From the NCBI GenBank assembly GCA_947627435.1, contig CANQWB010000005.1, positions 1 through 50,354 of the forward strand: a DNA stretch of 50,354 nt. Direction: 5' to 3'. Position numbers and translations under genes: made by a program. A model generated the notes under the pieces. That model made no database searches. It saw only the letters and a list, made by a program, of their open reading frames with translations, and was not told where the DNA came from. Source of the DNA: an uncultured Bacilli bacterium (GTDB lineage Bacteria; Bacillota_I; Bacilli_A; RF39; UBA660). Shown piece after piece: positions 44,466 through 50,354 of the stretch (the stretch's first letter is position 1; the number at the start of each line of letters is the position of its first letter).

Positions 44466-47099
44466 ATGACAAAATACGTATATTTATTTCGTGAAGGAAA
44501 TAAAGATATGAGAGATTTGCTAGGAGGTAAAGGTGCCAATCTAGCAGAAATGACGAATATTGGACTACCTGTTCCAAGTGGATTTACGGTTACAACAGAA
44601 GCTTGTAATCAATATTATCAAGATGGGGAACAAATTAGTGAAGATATTCAAAGTGAAATATTTCAAAAAATACAAGAATTAGAAAGTATGACTGGAAAAC
44701 AATTTGGAAATCCTGAAAATCCTTTGTTGGTATCTGTACGTAGTGGAGCACGTGCAAGTATGCCAGGTATGATGGATACCATTTTAAATTTAGGTCTTAC
44801 AGATGTTGTTGCGGAAGGGTTTACAAAAATCACAAACAATAAACGTTTTGTATATGATTCTTATCGTCGTTTCATCAGCATGTTTGCCGATGTAGTAAAA
44901 GGATTTGATAAAAACAAATTCGAACATATTTTAGAAGAACAAAAAGCGAAAAAAAATGTAGAATTTGATACAGAATTAAATGAAGATGACATGTATGAAA
45001 TTACACAAGCTTATAAAGAATTATATAATGAATTAGATGGAAATCCATTCCCACAAGATCCAAAAGTACAATTGATGGAAGCTATTCAAGCTGTATTTCG
45101 TTCTTGGAATAATGAAAGAGCAAAAGTATATCGTAAAATGAATGAAATTCCAGATGATTGGGGAACTGCTGTTAACGTTCAAGAAATGGTATATGGAAAT
45201 AGTGGGGAAACATCTGGTACTGGTGTTGCATTTACTAGAAACCCAGCAACTGGGGAAAAGAAACTTTATGGAGAATATTTGATTAATGCACAAGGTGAAG
45301 ATGTCGTTGCTGGTATTCGTACACCTGCAAGTATTGAAACTTTAAAAGAAGTTATGCCAGATGTATATAAGCAATTTACAGAGATTGCAACTACTTTGGA
45401 AAATCATTATAAAGATATGCAAGATATGGAATTTACAATTGAAAATGGTAAATTATTCATGTTGCAAACACGTAATGGAAAACGTACTGCATCTGCTGCT
45501 TTAAAAGTTGCGCTAGATTTATTAAATGAAGGTATGATTTCAGAAGAAGAAGCTGTATTACGCGTGAGTCCAAATGATTTGGATCAATTATTACATCCTA
45601 CATTTGAACCAAATGCATTAAAAGCTGGGAAAGTGATTGCACAAGGATTAGCTGCTTCTCCTGGAGCTGGAACAGGTAAAATTTATTTTCATGCCAAAGA
45701 TGTTATAGAAGCAAGTGAACGCGGTGAAGATACATTGCTAGTTCGTTTAGAAACTTCACCAGAAGATATTTCTGGTATGGCCAAAGCAAATGGTATTTTA
45801 ACAGTACGTGGAGGTATGACATCTCATGCTGCTGTTGTTGCTCGTGGTATGGGTAGATGTTGTGTATCTGGATGCAGTAGTTTAACTGTTGATGAAGAAG
45901 CAAAAACATTGGTTACACAAGATGGTACAACTTATCATGAAGGAGATTATCTATCAATTGATGGAAGCACAGGATATGTTTATGGAGAACAAATTGCGAC
46001 TGTAGATGCAAGTATCAGTGGCGACTTTGAAGTATTTATGAACATGGCTGACCGTTATCGTAAATTAAAAGTAAAAGTAAATGCCGATACACCTATAGAT
46101 GCTGCACAAGCCGTTCGTTTTGGAGCAGAAGGAATTGGTTTATGTCGTACAGAGCATATGTTCTTTAGTGATGAGAGAATTTTCCAAGTAAGAAGAATGA
46201 TTGTTGCAGAAACAAAGGAACAAAGAGTAGAAGCATTAAATCAATTGTTAGAAATGCAAAGAGGGGACTTTGTTGAACTATTTCGTACTATGAATGGACT
46301 TCCTGTAACAATTCGTTATTTGGATCCACCATTACATGAATTTTTACCTCATACAGATGAAGAAATTCAAGCATTGGCTACTTCTTTAAATATGACATTT
46401 GATTCTTTAAAAGATAGAATCGATTCTTTAAAAGAGTTTAATCCAATGATGGGACATAGAGGTTGCCGTTTGGATGTAACCTATCCTGAAATTGCAGTTA
46501 TGCAAACACGTGCGGTATTAGAAGCTGCTATTATGGTATCTAGAGAAGGAATTGAAGTACATCCACAAATTATGATTCCATTAATCGTTGATTTAGTAGA
46601 ATTAAAATATGTTAAAAATTTAGTAACAGAAACTGCTGATAAAGTATTAGAAGTAAACCAAGCAAAAATTGACTATAAGGTGGGTACTATGATTGAAACA
46701 CCTAGAGCTTGTATGTTAGCAGATGAACTTGCTGAAGAAGCGGAATTCTTCAGTTTTGGAACAAATGATTTAACTCAATTAACATTTGGTTTTTCAAGAG
46801 ACGATGCTTCTAAGTTCTTAAAAGATTACTATGAAAAGAAAATATTTGAAAATGATCCATTTGCAAGAGTTGATCAAAAAGGTGTAGGTCTTTTAATGGA
46901 ATATGCAATTACATCTGGAAGAAAAACAAGACCTGATATTGAATTAGGTATTTGTGGTGAACATGGTGGAGATCCAAGTAGTGTTGAATTTTGTAATATG
47001 ATTGGACTTGATTATGTATCATGTTCTCCATATCGTGTTCCAGTAGCACGTTTAGCTGCAGCACAAGCCGCTATTAAAGAAGGGATGAATAAGGAATAA
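44466..47099 (+). CDS. ppdK: Pyruvate, phosphate dikinase
   Basis: Contains GGKGANLAEM, phospho-His region GGMTSHAAVVARG and C-terminal PEP-utilising domain (GLCRTEHMF, FFSFGTNDLTQ, CGEHGGDP). Confidence 0.97.
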   Translation: MTKYVYLFREGNKDMRDLLGGKGANLAEMTNIGLPVPSGFTVTTEACNQYYQDGEQISEDIQSEIFQKIQELESMTGKQFGNPENPLLVSVRSGARASMPGMMDTILNLGLTDVVAEGFTKITNNKRFVYDSYRRFISMFADVVKGFDKNKFEHILEEQKAKKNVEFDTELNEDDMYEITQAYKELYNELDGNPFPQDPKVQLMEAIQAVFRSWNNERAKVYRKMNEIPDDWGTAVNVQEMVYGNSGETSGTGVAFTRNPATGEKKLYGEYLINAQGEDVVAGIRTPASIETLKEVMPDVYKQFTEIATTLENHYKDMQDMEFTIENGKLFMLQTRNGKRTASAALKVALDLLNEGMISEEEAVLRVSPNDLDQLLHPTFEPNALKAGKVIAQGLAASPGAGTGKIYFHAKDVIEASERGEDTLLVRLETSPEDISGMAKANGILTVRGGMTSHAAVVARGMGRCCVSGCSSLTVDEEAKTLVTQDGTTYHEGDYLSIDGSTGYVYGEQIATVDASISGDFEVFMNMADRYRKLKVKVNADTPIDAAQAVRFGAEGIGLCRTEHMFFSDERIFQVRRMIVAETKEQRVEALNQLLEMQRGDFVELFRTMNGLPVTIRYLDPPLHEFLPHTDEEIQALATSLNMTFDSLKDRIDSLKEFNPMMGHRGCRLDVTYPEIAVMQTRAVLEAAIMVSREGIEVHPQIMIPLIVDLVELKYVKNLVTETADKVLEVNQAKIDYKVGTMIETPRACMLADELAEEAEFFSFGTNDLTQLTFGFSRDDASKFLKDYYEKKIFENDPFARVDQKGVGLLMEYAITSGRKTRPDIELGICGEHGGDPSSVEFCNMIGLDYVSCSPYRVPVARLAAAQAAIKEGMNKE

Positions 47100-47236
47100 A
47101 TACAATATCTGTATTTATTCTAGTAATTATTGGAGAAAAAGTAATTTATAGAAAATACTTCTTAGATAATTACAATGTTTATCAAACCCAAAAAAAGTGA
47201 AATTTATATAAAATAGAAATTTATATAAAATATTTC

Positions 47237-47276
47237 AGACTAAGATGATTTAATATTGGAATCTTAGTCTTTTTTT
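47237..47276 (+). terminator. ppdK intrinsic terminator (T1)
   Basis: 10-bp stem AGACTAAGAT/ATCTTAGTCT plus T6. It is preceded by a 2 x 17-bp tandem duplication (47199..47232). Confidence 0.75.
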
Positions 47277-47408
47277 GCTAGTGCAACAAGATTTAGGAAG
47301 TATAAAAAATGTGATTACTATATACTAATACTAAACCAGAGTTTGAAGATTTATCTCAAGGCATAAGGATATCATTACTAGGCATTAAAAACTTATAAGT
47401 ACATTGAA

Positions 47409-47436
47409 AAAATCTACCTATTTTATGGTAGATTTT
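47409..47436 (-). terminator. Hairpin immediately after the ABC gene stop
   Basis: Stem AAAATCTACC/GGTAGATTTT. The flanking T/A tracts are weak. Confidence 0.4.
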
Positions 47437-49178
47437 TAATCTATGGCTTCGCTTTTATAAAGATTTTGATATACTTTCGATTTTTTCATAAGTTCATCGT
47501 GAGTACCTGACTCAAATATGCATCCTTTATCGACAACATAGATAATATCAGCATCTTGAATTGTTGAAAGACGGTGAGCAATAATTATAATTGTATGATC
47601 ATGTACTAAATTATCGATAGCCTTTTTTATATATTCTTGCGATTGGTTATCAAGTGCAGATGTTGCTTCATCTAATAAAATTACTTTAGAATCTTTAGAC
47701 AAAGTTCTAGCAATTGCTAATCTTTGTTTTTGACCTCCTGATAAATTAACACCACCTTCACCTAAAATCGTATCATATTTTTTAGGCAGTGATTCAATGT
47801 AATCGTCTAAATACGCCATTTTAGTATATTTGCGAACATCAGCTAATTTGATTTTTTCGTCGATTAGACGAAAATTATCCATTATCGACCTATTAAAAAT
47901 AAAAGGTTCTTGTCTGATAATCGAGATATGACGTCTTAATTCGTCTTCAGTTAAGTTTTTGATATTTACACCATCCAGTAAAATTTCTCCTTCATTAGGA
48001 TCAAAAATACGTGTAAGTAAATTAAATAATGTTGTTTTACCTTGACCCGATGCACCAACAATCGCAATTTTTTTTCCAGGCTCTAAAGTTATACTAAAAT
48101 TATTTAAGGTTGAATCTTCATTTGGATAATTAAAAGTAACATTTTTAAATTCAATTTTGCCAATAACATTGTTTATAGTTTTATCACCAAAGGTAACATC
48201 AGGATATAATCTATTTTCCAATAATTCATTAACTCTTTCTAAAGACACAACAACCTTTTGATATGTTTCGGAAATATCATTGATACTTTCGATAATCCAT
48301 GTGAATCGGTAAATATAGTAAGTCATCGCGATGAAGAATGTTAAATTAGTTTTTCCTTGATAAAGTAGAATTAAACAAGTCAAAAAACATCCTACTTCCA
48401 AAGTGCTTCTTAAAATTTGAGAGATAAAATTGAAATTTTTTTGAATATCAGTTTCTTGTAAAGATGCTCTATAGATATCTTTATTAATATTTTTAACATC
48501 TTTAAGTAAATGATTTTTAATACCTAATGTATTTAATTCTCTTATACCTCTAATTGATTCATTTACAATTGTTATAAAGCGATCTTGTTCTTTTTTTCGA
48601 TTCTTTTGAGAATTTTTAAGTTGAATATTAAATTTTTTTACAAAAAATGCAAAAATAATAATAAAAACAATTATTTCTATGGCAATTATCCATGAATTAA
48701 AGATAATATAAATAAATATAGCTATTGTTCCTAATAAATAAGTAAACATATTTAATAATCTTCCTATTATAGAGGATAAACTATCAGCATCACTCACAAT
48801 GCGATTGATTATTTCTCCACTTGATTTTTCTTCATAAGCTACTGCCGGTAAATTAAGAGCTTTAGCATATGTGTTATAACTCACTTTCCTCGTTATACGG
48901 GATTCAATTTTTAATAACATCGTTGAAGCCCAATTATTTAGAATCGCATTTGCAATAATGCTTATAAAAAAATAAATAAGTAAGTAAGTCATTGCTAATT
49001 TTAAATTCAGGTTAGTAATTGCTTCCACTGTAGCGCCATTTAAATAACCAGTAAGGGTTTCTGAAGCAGCTACAATAATATAGGCAATAACAGCAATAAT
49101 TAACTTCAATTTATCTGTTTCTAAAAAAGTAAGTAAGGAAATGAGTTCATTCTTGTTCTTTTTCTTTGCTTTTTTCAT
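47436..49178 (-). CDS. ABC exporter, fused permease-ATPase (MsbA/multidrug/peptide-exporter type, no C39 peptidase domain)
   Basis: Six-TM N-terminal half. Walker A GASGQGKTT, signature LSGGQKQRLAIAR, Walker B ILLDEATSALD. Confidence 0.9.
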   Translation of the reverse strand: MKKAKKKNKNELISLLTFLETDKLKLIIAVIAYIIVAASETLTGYLNGATVEAITNLNLKLAMTYLLIYFFISIIANAILNNWASTMLLKIESRITRKVSYNTYAKALNLPAVAYEEKSSGEIINRIVSDADSLSSIIGRLLNMFTYLLGTIAIFIYIIFNSWIIAIEIIVFIIIFAFFVKKFNIQLKNSQKNRKKEQDRFITIVNESIRGIRELNTLGIKNHLLKDVKNINKDIYRASLQETDIQKNFNFISQILRSTLEVGCFLTCLILLYQGKTNLTFFIAMTYYIYRFTWIIESINDISETYQKVVVSLERVNELLENRLYPDVTFGDKTINNVIGKIEFKNVTFNYPNEDSTLNNFSITLEPGKKIAIVGASGQGKTTLFNLLTRIFDPNEGEILLDGVNIKNLTEDELRRHISIIRQEPFIFNRSIMDNFRLIDEKIKLADVRKYTKMAYLDDYIESLPKKYDTILGEGGVNLSGGQKQRLAIARTLSKDSKVILLDEATSALDNQSQEYIKKAIDNLVHDHTIIIIAHRLSTIQDADIIYVVDKGCIFESGTHDELMKKSKVYQNLYKSEAID

Positions 49179-49201
49179 AATAATTTTTCCTATCTGCTAT
49201 T

Positions 49202-49230
49202 ATTATAAATAACAAAATTTTTATTGTCAA
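49202..49230 (-). promoter_or_regulatory. Consensus promoter of the ABC exporter gene
   Basis: On the minus strand: TTGACA (49230..49225), 17 nt, TATAAT (49207..49202). Confidence 0.6.
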
Positions 49231-49355
49231 ATATTGCGATTATTATTTTATAAGTAGTCGATTTTAGAATAGAGTTCTATTTTTGTGCAATAAATTCTTA
49301 GTTTTATATCTTATCTATTTCCAATAAGATTATGGCATTATGTTATGGCATTATG

Positions 49356-49391
49356 GCACAAGTCGCTATTAAAGAAAAACAAGCAAAATAA
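49356..49391 (+). pseudogene. Remnant of a ppdK 3' end (AQVAIKEKQAK-stop)
   Basis: 49356..49376 matches ppdK 47061..47081 at 20/21 nt, in the same reading frame, and reaches a stop 5 codons later. The intact gene reads AQAAIKEGMNKE-stop. Confidence 0.6.
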
Positions 49392-49506
49392 TAAGTAATT
49401 AGGGATAAGTAAAAAATGGTATTTAGTCTTTTTTCTTTAAAAAAGATGAATTTTGTTTGTAAGAATTAACTAAACTAGAATTGCATATATTATATATGTA
49501 TACTAT

Positions 49507-49535
49507 TTGACATTTTCATAAAAATATAGTATATT
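49507..49535 (+). promoter_or_regulatory. Promoter of the repeat-RNA/toxin operon
   Basis: TTGACA (49507..49512), 17 nt, TATATT (49530..49535). Confidence 0.65.
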
Positions 49536-49558
49536 TATATTGCACTTAAAAGTGTGAA

Positions 49559-49660
49559 AATGTTTCTCGCTTCCGGGTGGCTAGCGAGTAATAAATAATC
49601 CCGGTCGACAATGTTTCTCGCTTCCGGGTGGCTAGCGAGTAATAAATGATCCCGGTTGAA
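49559..49660 (+). ncRNA. Candidate type III antitoxin RNA: 2 (plus about 0.1) tandem 51-nt repeats with hairpin/pseudoknot potential
   Basis: Units 49559..49609 and 49610..49660 are 48/51 identical. Each has stem CTCGCT/AGCGAG, and loop CCGGG is complementary to the downstream CCCGG. There is no ORF. The repeats sit between a promoter and a terminator, upstream of the toxin-like ORF. Confidence 0.7.
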
Positions 49661-49670
49661 AATGTAGAAT

Positions 49671-49704
49671 AACTCTATCTTACGATGGAGTTTTCTTTTG
49701 TTTT
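49671..49704 (+). terminator. Intrinsic terminator between the repeat RNA and the toxin ORF
   Basis: 9-bp stem AACTCTATC/GATGGAGTT (one G-U) with loop TTAC, followed by TTCTTTTGTTTT. Confidence 0.75.
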
Positions 49705-49733
49705 ATGGTATATTATTTATGGAGTTGATGACA

Positions 49734-50195
49734 ATGGAAATAAGAACAGGATATTTATATCACATCAAGGATGAATATTTTGATGTCGTTAATGATGAAA
49801 ATTTAATGCAAAACCATGAAAGAGGGAAAAAAAGGCCCACTTATTTTACAATTAAAGACAAAAATATTTTATGGTTTATTCCCATTAGTTCTAAAATTGA
49901 TAAATATCAAAAAATAGTTAACAAAAAAATAGAAAAATATGGTTTTTGTAATACTATATTAATAGAGAAGATTTTTGATGAGGATGCTGCTATATTATTA
50001 CAAAATGCTTTTCCAACCTTAGAAAAATATATTGATCATGTACATACAGTAGATGGGAAACCAGCTAGAGTTCCCGAAAAATTAGAAAAAATTATACTTA
50101 AAAATTTTGAAAATTTAATGAAACTTCATATGAGAGGAATCAAAGTGTTTTTCACTGATATTGATAAACTAAAAGATAAAATGAATAAGGCATAA
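49734..50195 (+). CDS. Candidate type III toxin (ToxN/AbiQ/CptN-like endoribonuclease), 153 aa
   Basis: GGAG lies 9 nt upstream of ATG 49734; the ORF-track start 49698 lies inside the terminator tail. The N-terminal pattern is YLYHIKDEYFDVV...RPTYFTI....ILWFIPISSKIDKYQK. As I recall them, ToxN/AbiQ read Y.I...Y..YL...RP..G....YLAPLTSPK. The protein is small and basic. Confidence 0.65.
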   Translation: MEIRTGYLYHIKDEYFDVVNDENLMQNHERGKKRPTYFTIKDKNILWFIPISSKIDKYQKIVNKKIEKYGFCNTILIEKIFDEDAAILLQNAFPTLEKYIDHVHTVDGKPARVPEKLEKIILKNFENLMKLHMRGIKVFFTDIDKLKDKMNKA

Positions 50196-50248
50196 TAAAT
50201 AATCTAGTTTCGTACTAGTGTGGCTATTAAACTTAAAAGAAATAATAG

Positions 50249-50286
50249 AAGCTAAGATGATTGAATATAAATCTTAGCTTTTTTTA
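50249..50286 (+). terminator. Intrinsic terminator after the toxin gene (T2), sequence-related to T1
   Basis: 10-bp stem AAGCTAAGAT/ATCTTAGCTT plus T-run. It shares CTAAGATGATT.AATAT..ATCTTAG with 47237..47276. Confidence 0.75.
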
Positions 50287-50354
50287 TATATTAGGAATTT
50301 GCTTGGTAAAGACAAATAAATATATTATGAGTTAAATACAACACAAAAGAGTAC

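Noticed and set aside
49559-49660. Possible CRISPR array
   Set aside because: The 51-nt units are directly contiguous with no spacers. There are only about 2 copies and no cas genes. The promoter/terminator/toxin context fits a type III antitoxin instead.

Overview
Low-GC (roughly 30% by eye) Bacillota-type chromosomal segment using the standard genetic code. Gene content and order look like Erysipelotrichia/Bacilli, but that is inference only. Most of the window is conserved housekeeping. It holds tRNA-Cys/tRNA-Gly, an LCP-family wall-polymer ligase, a ZIP metal transporter and ftsK. It also holds the secE-nusG-rplK-rplA-(L10 leader)-rplJ-rplL-methyltransferase-rpoB-rpoC block, tRNA-Ser, yidD, the rlmN-stp-prkC-rsgA-rpe block, topA, a xerC-like recombinase and ppdK. 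Five accessory parts stand out. (1) At the right end (49.5-50.2 kb) there is a locus organised like a type III toxin-antitoxin system. It runs consensus promoter, two head-to-tail 51-nt pseudoknot-capable repeats with no ORF, strong intrinsic terminator, then a 153-aa ToxN/AbiQ/CptN-like ORF. (2) That locus and a neighbouring ABC exporter lie downstream of ppdK among insertion scars: a 21-nt in-frame ppdK 3'-end remnant and three related terminator copies. (3) Two paralogous modular pilin genes (9.5 kb and 42.3 kb) share a ~630-bp cassette of 5' region plus pilin module but carry different lectin/FGE-sulfatase-like C-terminal modules. Each is preceded by a G9/G10 homopolymer tract. (4) A thioester-domain (TED) surface adhesin ends in a VPDTA sorting signal and has its own sortase. 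(5) Also present are a split BcrA/HgdC-type activase triad, a protein made only of four helicase-associated-domain repeats, and a candidate 6S-like sRNA upstream of ftsK. No CRISPR array, transposase or integrase (other than the xerC-like gene) was seen. All calls come from reading the sequence and ORF translations; no database search was run.
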